Of a stretch of DNA of 64,000 nt, positions 55,069 to 64,000 are shown in pieces (the stretch's first letter is position 1; each line of letters opens with the position of its first letter). The translations under genes were made by a program, and so were the position numbers. The notes beneath the pieces were generated by a model. The model saw nothing but the letters and a program-made list of their open reading frames with translations. It was not told the DNA's origin and searched no databases. The stretch is from Oscillospiraceae bacterium (GTDB taxonomy: Bacteria; Bacillota; Clostridia; Oscillospirales; Oscillospiraceae), in contig JAFQCY010000071.1 of assembly GCA_017399355.1 (NCBI GenBank), positions 1,611 through 65,610 on the forward strand, read 5' to 3'.

Positions 55069-56073
55069 TTATTCTCTTGACTTTACAACGAAATTCCAGC
55101 TGTCTCGGCACATTTCTTCCACGGTCTTCTCTGCGTGCCAGCCGAGAAGCTTCTCAGCTTTTTCAGTACCTGCCCAGATCTGGGGCAGGTCGCCGTCTCT
55201 TCTGGGGCCGACAACACGATTGACCTTAACACCGGTAGAGGCTTCGAAGGCATCCACCAATTCAAATACACTCAGGCCATTGCCTGTGCCAAGATTTACG
55301 GCCTCAGCACCCTTATGGTTTACCGCATAGTCCAATGCCTTCAGGTGACCCTTCGCCAGGTCGACAACATGGAGATAGTCACGGACACAGCTTCCGTCGG
55401 GAGTATCATAGTCATCACCATACATCGTCAGCTTCTCCAGCTGGCCGGAGGCCACCCGCACCACATAGGGCATCAGGTTATTGGGAATGCCGCTGGGATC
55501 ATCCCCAAGGAGGCCGGATTCATGGGCACCAATGGGGTTAAAATAGCGAAGAAGAACAGCAGAGAATTCCGGATCTGCGGTAGAAATATCGCGGAGGATC
55601 TGCTCGATCATGACCTTCGTCCAACCGTAAGGATTGGTTGCAACATAGGTAGGCATTTCCTCTACATAGGGGACGGGGTTATTGGGCCCATAGACCGTAG
55701 CAGAGGAAGAGAATACGATATTCTTGCAACCGGCCTCCTGCATACACTCCAGAAGTGTCAGAGCAGAGTCCAGATTATTGCGGTAGTAACGAAGCGGAAT
55801 CTTGCAGCTCTCGCCCACCGCCTTATAGGCAGCAAAATGGATCACGGCATCGATCTGATGCTCTGCAAAGATCTTGCGGATCGCAGCCTTGTCCGTAACA
55901 TCCGCTTCATAGAACACAGGAGCTTTTCCGGAGATGGAGGCGATGCGCTCCACAACCTCGGGCTTGGAATTATAGAGATTATCGGCGATGATAACTTCAT
56001 CACCGTTTTGCAATAATTCAACACAGGTATGGCTACCAATATAGCCGGTTCCGCCGGTAACTAATACTTTCAT
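55069..56073 (-). CDS. galE: UDP-glucose 4-epimerase
   Basis: TGGTGYIGSH, KAVGES, FSSSATVYG, YGWTK, RYFNPIGAH. Confidence 0.96.
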   Translation of the reverse strand: MKVLVTGGTGYIGSHTCVELLQNGDEVIIADNLYNSKPEVVERIASISGKAPVFYEADVTDKAAIRKIFAEHQIDAVIHFAAYKAVGESCKIPLRYYRNNLDSALTLLECMQEAGCKNIVFSSSATVYGPNNPVPYVEEMPTYVATNPYGWTKVMIEQILRDISTADPEFSAVLLRYFNPIGAHESGLLGDDPSGIPNNLMPYVVRVASGQLEKLTMYGDDYDTPDGSCVRDYLHVVDLAKGHLKALDYAVNHKGAEAVNLGTGNGLSVFELVDAFEASTGVKVNRVVGPRRDGDLPQIWAGTEKAEKLLGWHAEKTVEEMCRDSWNFVVKSRE

Positions 56074-56091
56074 AGTTGTAAATCCTCCTTA

Positions 56092-56262
56092 TTATTGCCG
56101 TCTGGCAGTATAATAGTCGTCAGCCTGACGGAAGAATGGGCAATTCCCTTTATAATGGGTATGAATCCGATACCACTCATCCTCGTCAATGTCCATAGAA
56201 CAGAAGTATTCGTCATTCTCCTCGTCATAATTGTAGTTCCAACAATCTTCGCAATTGGGCAT
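56092..56262 (-). CDS. Small acidic Cys4 protein (56 aa; DUF6472-like)
   Basis: MPNCEDCWNYNYDEENDEYFCSMDIDEDE...CPFF...DDY; strong GAGGAGG SD. The ORF-track entry 56092..56619 is over-extended. Confidence 0.8.
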   Translation of the reverse strand: MPNCEDCWNYNYDEENDEYFCSMDIDEDEWYRIHTHYKGNCPFFRQADDYYTARRQ

Positions 56263-56276
56263 TTCAAATTCCCTCC

Positions 56277-56924
56277 TCAACGAAATACCTTGCCGTTCTC
56301 GTCGTAAATCTCCAAACGGCGGCAGCGGCAATGATCCGGCTTGCAGGAGGCCGCATAGCGCTCGATAGCCTGGATCAAAAGCATGGGGTTCAGAGAGGGA
56401 TTCTGGGCGCAGACGGTGCAGAAAATTCGCAGCTGCTCTCCGGAACGCTCCAGCCGGTAGCTTTTCAGCAAGGGCCGGATATCCGCCTCCTCGGGGCCAC
56501 GCTTCGTTCGTTTCTCGATGAGAAGCTCTTCCCGGGAAAGTAATGCCTCGATCATCTCGACGCAGCCTTCCGGTATGCCTTGGTCGTAAAAAAGCAGCAG
56601 CTCTGCATCCATCAAGCACAGGTGCTTGGTCTTGACATCGGATTCGTAGACATCTGTGACCAGGATCCCCTCCGGAAGCACCTTATTGATCTGCTCCGGC
56701 GTAATCGTGAGTTCCGCATCCAGCTCGTATTCCAGGATCTCGCAAAGGCTCTCCATGCCGACACTCAAAGGGATCGGCAGAGAGACATAGGCATGGGGTG
56801 TATAGCCCTGGGAGTGATGGAGCAGTACACCGGCTCTGCGGAAGGCACGCTGCATCAGGCGCATGGTGTCCAGATGGGACATCCAAACCGCCTTGCCGGT
56901 TTTTTGAAAGCGCATTCTACGCAT
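56277..56924 (-). CDS. Radical SAM-linked protein (TIGR03936/DUF2344 type)
   Basis: F.KTG...WMSHLD.MR..QRAFRRA, SQGYTPH, PLSVG.ES. ATG 56924 overlaps the rSAM stop. Confidence 0.88.
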   Translation of the reverse strand: MRRMRFQKTGKAVWMSHLDTMRLMQRAFRRAGVLLHHSQGYTPHAYVSLPIPLSVGMESLCEILEYELDAELTITPEQINKVLPEGILVTDVYESDVKTKHLCLMDAELLLFYDQGIPEGCVEMIEALLSREELLIEKRTKRGPEEADIRPLLKSYRLERSGEQLRIFCTVCAQNPSLNPMLLIQAIERYAASCKPDHCRCRRLEIYDENGKVFR

Positions 56925-58752
56925 TGCACTTTCCTCCTTCCAGCAGGCAATTGGCACCGCAGCCGGCGCACTGGGATCTGCAATCCGCAGTGGTCTCCGA
57001 TGCATAGGCCTTCTTCCGCTCTCTGCTGAGGAAGGCTGTGGATACGCCATCGGATATGGTCTGCCAGGGAAGCAATTCCCCCTCCTCAAAGCCACGGACG
57101 GTGTAGTGATCGGGGTCGATCTTGCAGCAGTCAAAAGCCTCGCACCAGGCGCTATAGTTAAAATACTCATCCCAGGCATCCAGCCGGCAGCCTCGATTTA
57201 CGGCCTCCTCCAGAACGGCTCCCAGCCTGCGATCGCCACGGGCCAGTACAGCCTCCAAACGGCTGAGATCTGCCTCATGGTACTTATACTCTACGAACTT
57301 TGCAGGCATATTGGCCTTAAGCAGCTTGGTGCGCCGGAGATACTCCTCCGGGGTGATCTGCTTTTCCCACTGGAAGGGCGTAAAGGGCTTCGGCACAAAG
57401 AAGGCCGTAGCAACGTGAATTCGTACCCCACGTTTCTTATTGGAGGCATTCTCCCGCCAGGTCTGATAGATTTTATAGACCAGATCGGCGATGCCTAAGA
57501 CGTCTTCATCGGTCTCTGTGGGAAGGCCCAGCATAAAGTAGAGCTTTACGCTGTTCCAGCCGCCGGAAAAGGCAATGGCGCAGGTATGGAGGATCTCTTC
57601 CTCGGTGACATTCTTATTAATCGCATCACGGAGACGCTGGGTTCCGGCTTCCGGAGCAAAGGTCAGGCCGCTCTTCTTCACCTGCTGCAACTTCAGCATC
57701 AGTTCCCGGGAGAAATTATCCGCACGGAGAGAGGGCAAGGACAGGCTGATCTTGCGGGGTGTGCAATAGTCCAGCATACCGCCTGCCAGCTCCTCCAGCG
57801 CATAGTAATCGGATGTAGACAGGCTGGAGAGGGTGATCTCGTGGCAGCCGCTGAATTCCAGGGCCTCCACCGCCTGCTTCTGAAGGAGCTTTGGACTTCT
57901 GGGCCGGACAGGACGGTAGGTAAAGCCGGCCTGGCAGAACCGACAGCCACGGATGCAGCCTCGCATAACCTCCAGATTGGAGCGGTCATGGACGATCTCC
58001 AGGTTGGGGACAATGCCCTCCGTAGGGTAAAGGGCTGTATCCAGGTTCTGAATGATCCGTTTGCGAATCTGCTTCGGTGCGCCCTCTTTTACCCGGATCT
58101 CCAGCAGTTCGCCCTGATCTCCGTAAATATGCTCATACAGGGAGGGTACATAGACACCCTCGATCTTACAGACTTCACACAAGAATGCATCCTTCGTCCA
58201 TCCTTCCCGTTTGGCCTTTCGGTACAGGTTCAGGATTTCAGGTGTCATCTCCTCGCCCTCGCCGATGCAGAAGAAATCCACAAAATCAGCAAGGGGCTCC
58301 GGATTATACATACAGGCACCGCCGGCAAAAACCATCTGAGAAAGGCCCTTACGCTCCGAAGCATGTAAGGGAATATTGCCAAGGCGCAGCATATTGAGCA
58401 CATTGGTATAGCTCATCTCATAGCCGATGGTAAAGGCGATCATATCAAAGTCGGAAATCGGATCTCCGCTCTCCAGTGCATAGAGAGGAATGTCGTTTTG
58501 GATCATCGCCTCTTCCATATCTGCCCAGGGAGCAAAGACTCGCTCGCACCAAACCCCATCCATCTGATTCATTACTGCGTATAGAATCCGCATACCCAGA
58601 TTGGACATACCGATCTCATAGGTATCCGGGAAGCAGAAGGCCACACGCAGGTCAACTGAAGCTTTGTCCTTCACCGTCTGCCCATATTCGCCGCCCACAT
58701 ATCGGGCGGGTTTTTGTACGTTGGGTAGGATTCGCTCTAATTTGTTATTCAT
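56917..58752 (-). CDS. TIGR03960-type (B12-binding-like) radical SAM protein
   Basis: VQKPARYVGGE, FPDTYEIGMSNLG, RGCIRGCRFCQAG, APEAGTQRLR, C-terminal CRSQCAGCG. Confidence 0.92.
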   Translation of the reverse strand: MNNKLERILPNVQKPARYVGGEYGQTVKDKASVDLRVAFCFPDTYEIGMSNLGMRILYAVMNQMDGVWCERVFAPWADMEEAMIQNDIPLYALESGDPISDFDMIAFTIGYEMSYTNVLNMLRLGNIPLHASERKGLSQMVFAGGACMYNPEPLADFVDFFCIGEGEEMTPEILNLYRKAKREGWTKDAFLCEVCKIEGVYVPSLYEHIYGDQGELLEIRVKEGAPKQIRKRIIQNLDTALYPTEGIVPNLEIVHDRSNLEVMRGCIRGCRFCQAGFTYRPVRPRSPKLLQKQAVEALEFSGCHEITLSSLSTSDYYALEELAGGMLDYCTPRKISLSLPSLRADNFSRELMLKLQQVKKSGLTFAPEAGTQRLRDAINKNVTEEEILHTCAIAFSGGWNSVKLYFMLGLPTETDEDVLGIADLVYKIYQTWRENASNKKRGVRIHVATAFFVPKPFTPFQWEKQITPEEYLRRTKLLKANMPAKFVEYKYHEADLSRLEAVLARGDRRLGAVLEEAVNRGCRLDAWDEYFNYSAWCEAFDCCKIDPDHYTVRGFEEGELLPWQTISDGVSTAFLSRERKKAYASETTADCRSQCAGCGANCLLEGGKCNA

Positions 58753-59614
58753 CTTCCACCAAATCCAGCAAATACTGACCGTATTCGGTCATTTTTAGTT
58801 CTGAGCCGATGCGGCGCATATCGGCATCGGAGATAAAGCCCTTGTGCCATGCCGTCTCCTCGGGGCAGGCAATGTACATCCCCTGACGAGTCTGGACCGC
58901 CTCTACATACTGCGCCGCATTGAGCATACCCGCAGGTGTACCGGTATCCAGCCAGGCCATGCCTCGGGTCATCAGCTCTACATGGAGCTTGCCCCGCTTC
59001 AAATATTCTTCGTTCAGGCCGGTGATCTCCAGCTCCCCACGAGCGGAGGGCTGCAGAGTTTTTGCCAAAGAAACGGCATTTTCATCATAAAAATACAGGC
59101 CGGGCACAGCATAGCGAGACTTGGGGTTCTGAGGCTTTTCCTCGATGGAGAGTACATTTCCCTCCGCATCAAACTCCACCACACCGAAAGCACGTGGGTC
59201 TTTCACCGGATAACCAAAGACAGTAGCACCCTCTTTACGGGCAACCGCACGAGCCAGGAGCTCGTCCAGCTGTGCGCCGTTAAACAGGTTATCGCCCAGC
59301 ACCAGGCAGCAGCGGTCATTGCCGATAAACTCCTCCGCAATCAGGAAGGCATCCGCAATGCCACGGGCTACATACTGAATGCCATACTCGATCTGCACAC
59401 CGAATTGGCTGCCATCCCCCAAAAGGCGGCGATAGCTCTCCACATCCGCAGGGGCCGTGATCAGCATGATCTCCCGGATCCCTGCCTTCAAAAGCACAGT
59501 CAGCGGATAGTAGACCATCGGTTTATCATATATGGGGATGATCGGCTTAGAGACAGCCTTGGTCATGGGGTAAAGGCGGCTGCCTTTCCCACCGGCTAAG
59601 ATAATACCTTTCAT
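58745..59614 (-). CDS. rmlA: Glucose-1-phosphate thymidylyltransferase
   Basis: GIILAGG.GSRLYP, YDKPM, LGDN, EEKP, RGELEIT, WLDTGT. Confidence 0.96.
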   Translation of the reverse strand: MKGIILAGGKGSRLYPMTKAVSKPIIPIYDKPMVYYPLTVLLKAGIREIMLITAPADVESYRRLLGDGSQFGVQIEYGIQYVARGIADAFLIAEEFIGNDRCCLVLGDNLFNGAQLDELLARAVARKEGATVFGYPVKDPRAFGVVEFDAEGNVLSIEEKPQNPKSRYAVPGLYFYDENAVSLAKTLQPSARGELEITGLNEEYLKRGKLHVELMTRGMAWLDTGTPAGMLNAAQYVEAVQTRQGMYIACPEETAWHKGFISDADMRRIGSELKMTEYGQYLLDLVEDE

Positions 59615-59697
59615 AGATGACACCTTTCCTTTCTATTAATAGGCTGAAAACGTGCAAAGGATTTCCGACAGATGTACGGACAAAATCGTGCTTGCAG

Positions 59698-60885
59698 TTA
59701 CTTCTTGCTTACATATTCAGAATAGACATTCAAGCCACAGCGCCGATAAAACGCAGCACGCTGCACTACGGCCTCATGATCCGTCCCGCTCACGGTTGAT
59801 ACTTCCCTTTTCAGCTTGCCCCGTCGGAAGATCAGCGCATAAAGTATGCGCCATAGCCAAAATACCGGAAGTAAGACAGCCCATTTTTTCAGGACCGGAT
59901 AGTAGAAACACATGGATTGATAGCTTGGGAACAGCCGTGACCAAATATAGGAGAGCTTGCTTTGCTTTTTCTTCTCTTTCAGCATCCGGTCAGCAACCTT
60001 CTGCTCCTCTTTACCAAAAACACCGCTGCCGAGAATATACTCACCCAGTTCCTCCGTAACAGAGTCCCCTTCGCCATCTCCAAACCAATGATTCGCTAAT
60101 TTCTCAATAGTAGCAGCAAACTCCCTAAGCTCAAGTTCCCTAAGGAGCTTTTCCAGCTTTTCTTCATCAAACGTCCACTTCTTGCGGCAGAGATAAATAT
60201 CCATCACCTGCCGAATTCCGATGCCACCACTAAGCAAATGCTTCACAAAATGGCATAAGATATAGGCATAGTGCAATTCGTGAGGCAAAGTTAAGAAATG
60301 GGTATGCTCCGGAACAGGAACAGCAAGCGAAAGCAGGTTCTTCAAAAAGTCCTGGCTTTGTTCGTTGAACCCCTCCTCTTCCAAAGAGCGATGGATCTCA
60401 TACTGTAAGCCGGTGGGACTGGTATATAGGTCGGTGCTTCCCTGTCCAAACCGATGATTCACAAAGCCGATACGTTCCAGGCAGATTTTCACCTGCTCGG
60501 CCTGATCTACTGAGATCAGTAAATCGGTATCCGACATATGGCGCATTTCTGAGCTAGGATAAAGACGCTTTAGTTCATAGCCCTTGAGCGGAAGAACCCA
60601 CAGCCGATCCTTGGAAAAGGCGCCGGCGATTTCTGCCATCTCCCGATCTTGGGTAGCATCCTTTGTGGCAGAAACAAAGGCCATTCGCTTCAAGTGCTGC
60701 CTGTATCTCTGGTCGGGCATCAGCGCTTCAGAAGACCACTGAGCATGATAGAACAGAAAGTGAGGCAGCCCATGAGCCTCAAACAGCCGGATCAATTTGC
60801 CAGGATCCTCTATGGAGAGATCAGAAGGCCGTTGATTCAGAGCGGCCTTGATCAGGTCGAGAAATTGCACAAAGATATCGTCCAT
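59698..60885 (-). CDS. Uncharacterised nucleotidyltransferase (NTP_transf_5-like)
   Basis: LPLKG..LK.LYP..EMR.MSDTDLL, EIH, H..KH...GGIGIRQ..D. Confidence 0.82.
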   Translation of the reverse strand: MDDIFVQFLDLIKAALNQRPSDLSIEDPGKLIRLFEAHGLPHFLFYHAQWSSEALMPDQRYRQHLKRMAFVSATKDATQDREMAEIAGAFSKDRLWVLPLKGYELKRLYPSSEMRHMSDTDLLISVDQAEQVKICLERIGFVNHRFGQGSTDLYTSPTGLQYEIHRSLEEEGFNEQSQDFLKNLLSLAVPVPEHTHFLTLPHELHYAYILCHFVKHLLSGGIGIRQVMDIYLCRKKWTFDEEKLEKLLRELELREFAATIEKLANHWFGDGEGDSVTEELGEYILGSGVFGKEEQKVADRMLKEKKKQSKLSYIWSRLFPSYQSMCFYYPVLKKWAVLLPVFWLWRILYALIFRRGKLKREVSTVSGTDHEAVVQRAAFYRRCGLNVYSEYVSKK

Positions 60886-60927
60886 TACATTGCCTCATAT
60901 ATCTTTCAAAATGAGAATTTGGCGAAT

Positions 60928-62004
60928 TCATCGGGTTTTGATCATAAAACGGTTGAGCACGCTGCTTAATTTTGAAAATCCGTAAGAAAGAATGACCGTA
61001 AAAAGAACAGAAAGCACACCAAAACATTCCTGCCGGAATCTACCCGAGGAAAGGCCGAATTTCAGCAACACTTCCATGACAAGGCCGTGGAACAGATAGA
61101 TCTCAAAGGAGATCTTTCCCAAAAAGCCTGTGACTTTGTTCAAAAAGTTTATTTTAAAGAGCAAAAGCAGAAGCAGAAGAGAAATGAAGAAGCCCATCAG
61201 AATATCATTCAGAAGCCAAATATTGATGGAATAGGCCGATAGGAACAGGCTCCAAATCGACGGAATAAAATAGGCAACCCCAGAGCATAGCAGCATGAGG
61301 AGCAGAAGCAGAAAATAACGCTTCTTCAGGAAGGAAAAAACGGCATCCTCAAAAAATCCAAAGCCCAAACCAATGATCATCATGGGGCAAGTCTTATACC
61401 AAAAATCCGGAAGATCCAGAACTACCGCAGTTACCATGATATACAGAAATGTTACCGCAGAATAGAATCCGATCCTAATCAAGACAGCTTTTCGGTTATG
61501 CGGATCGACGCTCCGGAATACCGCATAAAAGGCAAGATAAAAGAAGATGATCGCCGTAACATACCAGCTATGACTTACGGGGTCTCCGTTCCGGAAGGAG
61601 GAATATATTTTGGATACTTGATCTCCGAGAATCAGTACCGAGATCAAAAAGTAGAGCGCTAAAAACACAAGGTAAGGCAAAAGGATCTTGCTCAGTCGTT
61701 TCCGCAAAAAAGAGCGAAAATAGCCGACCTTACCCGTTGCAGATTTTGCCAGAGAGAATCCACTCAAAAAGAAGAAGCAGGCTACTCCTACAGGAGCAAA
61801 AATGCTGAATCGAACAAGCGGCAGCTGATAGTCCACGCAGCTCGTCATATGCGAAAGCAGCACGCAAACAGCAAGCAGCCCACGCAAGGCTTCTGTACGA
61901 TCCTTGGAAAAACCGTCAGCATTACACGGACGGGCCAGAACCGGACGCCCGATTTTTGCAGAGCTCAACACCAAAAAGATAAACAAAAGAGAAACTACAA
62001 CCAT
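60928..62004 (-). CDS. Acyltransferase-3 (OafA-like) membrane O-acyltransferase
   Basis: LRGL.A..V..SH, V..FFFLSGF, R..KI..PY, WYV, ISFEIYLFH; multi-TM. Confidence 0.88.
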   Translation of the reverse strand: MVVVSLLFIFLVLSSAKIGRPVLARPCNADGFSKDRTEALRGLLAVCVLLSHMTSCVDYQLPLVRFSIFAPVGVACFFFLSGFSLAKSATGKVGYFRSFLRKRLSKILLPYLVFLALYFLISVLILGDQVSKIYSSFRNGDPVSHSWYVTAIIFFYLAFYAVFRSVDPHNRKAVLIRIGFYSAVTFLYIMVTAVVLDLPDFWYKTCPMMIIGLGFGFFEDAVFSFLKKRYFLLLLLMLLCSGVAYFIPSIWSLFLSAYSINIWLLNDILMGFFISLLLLLLLFKINFLNKVTGFLGKISFEIYLFHGLVMEVLLKFGLSSGRFRQECFGVLSVLFTVILSYGFSKLSSVLNRFMIKTR

Positions 62005-62067
62005 CCAATCACTCCTCCAGGGTCAGGATTCACGCATATGCCACGCACGGTGATGCGCAGAATGTGG

Positions 62068-63114
62068 TTAATGCGAGGCTGTTTTTTTCGATAGTCTATC
62101 CAAAAGCAGCTTGGAAAGAGGCCGATACAGGCAATTGACCACAATAGAAGCAAGAAAGCAAAGGGCAAACATGGCCAGCACAATAAAAAGAGGATATTTT
62201 GCCCGATAGACGAGATTCGGAAAGATTCTCGCAAAGAAAAAGGTATGCGTAAGCCAAATATTTGTCGATGCAGCACCGAAAAAACAGAGTACCGCACACA
62301 AGAATTTCGGCTTTTTTACCGACTGGAAAAGAAGAATCAGAGAGAGTCCAAAGATCGGGGCGAAAACCGCATTCTCAAGAATGCACATCAATATGATCAG
62401 GACAGGAGATAAAAGAAGTGCGATCAGATTGATGTGCTTCAGGCTTCTCAGCTTCGTCATGACTTTGTATTCATAGCACAAGCATCCAATTACAAAAGAA
62501 AACTGCGACTTTACAAGCAAGGACACTTGTTTCCCAATCCACGCTAGGATCTCATTCTCAATATGACCGTCAAAAAGCCGGATGTAGAAAATCGATGCCA
62601 AGTACAGCGCACCGCTAACCAACACCGTCAATACAGGAGGGCAGCGCCGAATCAATTTCAAGATCAGCGGAGAAAGGGCAACCAGTTGAATATAGGTCGA
62701 AACGAACCACCATATTCCGTTATAGGAGAATCGATAGAGGAAAAAATTCTCCAAGAAGGACAGAATAGACCCGGGAATTCTCTTTTCAGAGTCAAAGAAC
62801 GCTCCTAAGATCACAGCCAGGATCAAAACGATCCAATAATTCAGCAAAAAGTTCAGAATACGGATCCAACTCTTTTTTACGTAGGCAGCCCCATCGGAGT
62901 AACGCAGAAGCGCTTGCGCATATCCGCTGCAAAACAAATAAATCGGGACACAGATCTCTCCCAAAAGACCAAGATAGTATACCAGAGGCGTATCTCCGAT
63001 CCAAAGAAGGGGCGTATACGGCAAGTCAACTTTTATGCAAAACAAATGAAGCATAACCATTCCAATAATCGCTATGCCTTTCGCCATCTGGTGATCTTTT
63101 TTTGTCAGTTCCAT
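62068..63114 (-). CDS. Acyltransferase-3 family membrane protein
   Basis: KGIAI..M..LHLF, CVPIY.F.SGY, WWFV, STNIWLTH; multi-TM. Confidence 0.85.
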   Translation of the reverse strand: MELTKKDHQMAKGIAIIGMVMLHLFCIKVDLPYTPLLWIGDTPLVYYLGLLGEICVPIYLFCSGYAQALLRYSDGAAYVKKSWIRILNFLLNYWIVLILAVILGAFFDSEKRIPGSILSFLENFFLYRFSYNGIWWFVSTYIQLVALSPLILKLIRRCPPVLTVLVSGALYLASIFYIRLFDGHIENEILAWIGKQVSLLVKSQFSFVIGCLCYEYKVMTKLRSLKHINLIALLLSPVLIILMCILENAVFAPIFGLSLILLFQSVKKPKFLCAVLCFFGAASTNIWLTHTFFFARIFPNLVYRAKYPLFIVLAMFALCFLASIVVNCLYRPLSKLLLDRLSKKTASH

Positions 63115-63156
63115 AAACCTTCTCCACGCTTAATCTGTCGGATGCATCCCGCTTAC

Positions 63157-64000
63157 TCATGAACGATGGGAATACATTCTTTCGTAATAATCCTGATACT
63201 CCCCGGCAAGAATCCGTTCCCACCAGTTGCGATGGTTCAAATACCACAGGATCGTGCGCTTCATGCCTTCATCAAACTTTGTGGCAGGAAGCCAGCCCAG
63301 CTCCCGATGAATCTTCGTGGGATCGATAGCATAACGTCTGTCATGGCCTGGACGGTCTGTGACGTATGTAATCAGGGATTCCGGCTTATCCAGTTCCCGT
63401 AAAATGGTCTTGACCACTTCCAAATTTGTTCTTTCGTTGTGGCCACCGATATTATATACCTCGCCTATAGTGCCTTTTCGAATGATCAGATCAATGGCAG
63501 CGCAGTGATCCTCTACATAAAGCCAGTCCCGTACATTCTCTCCCGTCCCATAGACAGGAAGGTTCTGATCCTTCAGAGCCCGGGAGATCATCAGCGGGAT
63601 CAGCTTCTCGGGGAAATGATAAGGACCATAGTTATTGGAGCAGCGGGAGACCGTAACCGGGAGGGAGAATGTACGGTAGTAGGCAAGCACAAGCAAATCC
63701 GCAGCCGCTTTGGATGCGGAATAGGGGCTTGAGGTATGGATCGGCGTCTCTTCCGTAAAGAACAGATCCGGACGATCTAACGGCAGATCGCCATAGACTT
63801 CATCGGTCGAAACCTGATGGTAGCGCTTGACACCATACTTGCGGCTGGCATCCAAAAGAACCTGCGTGCCCATTACATTGGTACGTAAGAATAGCTCCGG
63901 AGTCTCAATGGAGCGGTCCACATGGCTTTCTGCTGCAAAATTCACAACAACATCAAACCGCTCAGTTTCAAAGAGGTCATAGACCAGAGTTCTGTCTGCA
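63157..64000 (-). CDS. rmlB: dTDP-glucose 4,6-dehydratase; 5' end beyond the right edge
   Basis: [42 protein letters not shown]; frame open to the window end. Confidence 0.96.
   Translation of the reverse strand, partial: ADRTLVYDLFETERFDVVVNFAAESHVDRSIETPELFLRTNVMGTQVLLDASRKYGVKRYHQVSTDEVYGDLPLDRPDLFFTEETPIHTSSPYSASKAAADLLVLAYYRTFSLPVTVSRCSNNYGPYHFPEKLIPLMISRALKDQNLPVYGTGENVRDWLYVEDHCAAIDLIIRKGTIGEVYNIGGHNERTNLEVVKTILRELDKPESLITYVTDRPGHDRRYAIDPTKIHRELGWLPATKFDEGMKRTILWYLNHRNWWERILAGEYQDYYERMYSHRS

Noticed and set aside
1-64000. CRISPR arrays, tRNA/rRNA genes, IS elements, prophage or defence genes
   Set aside because: I recognised no regularly spaced repeats, cloverleaf or rRNA motifs, transposase/integrase or phage genes by eye. 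tRNAscan-SE, Infernal and a CRISPR finder would confirm.

Overview
A 64-kb, mostly minus-strand chromosomal segment of a spore-forming anaerobic Bacillota. Gene content and order suggest Clostridia, probably Oscillospiraceae-like (inference). Left to right: a large secreted multi-module type I pullulanase (runs off the left edge, missing from the ORF track); htpG with a perfect CIRCE; a molybdate-uptake/Moco cluster (modABC, moeA-like, moaA, moaC, mogA, moaE) with a divergent Crp/Fnr regulator and a palindromic site; an ABC-F ATPase; an SLH/LamG/metallophosphoesterase surface protein. Then a housekeeping run: ispH-rpsA fusion, plsC, cmk, HI0933-type flavoprotein, RpiR, rluB, dacB-type, ytfJ, scpB, frameshifted scpA, engB, lon, clpX, clpP, tig, yraN, rnhB, rbgA, lepB, valS. 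Next come a stand-alone E. coli-type YcaO 14 nt upstream of valS, behind a structured T-box-like leader with a terminator; rsmD, uvrC, a variant HPr, mutS2, recO, era, ybeY, phoH, yqfD/yqfC/ylbJ; and a polysaccharide-type operon (rmlB, two acyltransferases, a nucleotidyltransferase, rmlA) running into a TIGR03960/TIGR03936-type radical SAM pair, a small Cys-rich protein and galE. I saw no rRNA, tRNA, CRISPR array or transposase. The best candidate for new biology is the leader-ycaO-valS unit. The next best is an apparent internal promoter and ribosome-binding site that would yield free S1 from the ispH-rpsA fusion. All family assignments come from motif recognition by eye, not database searches.
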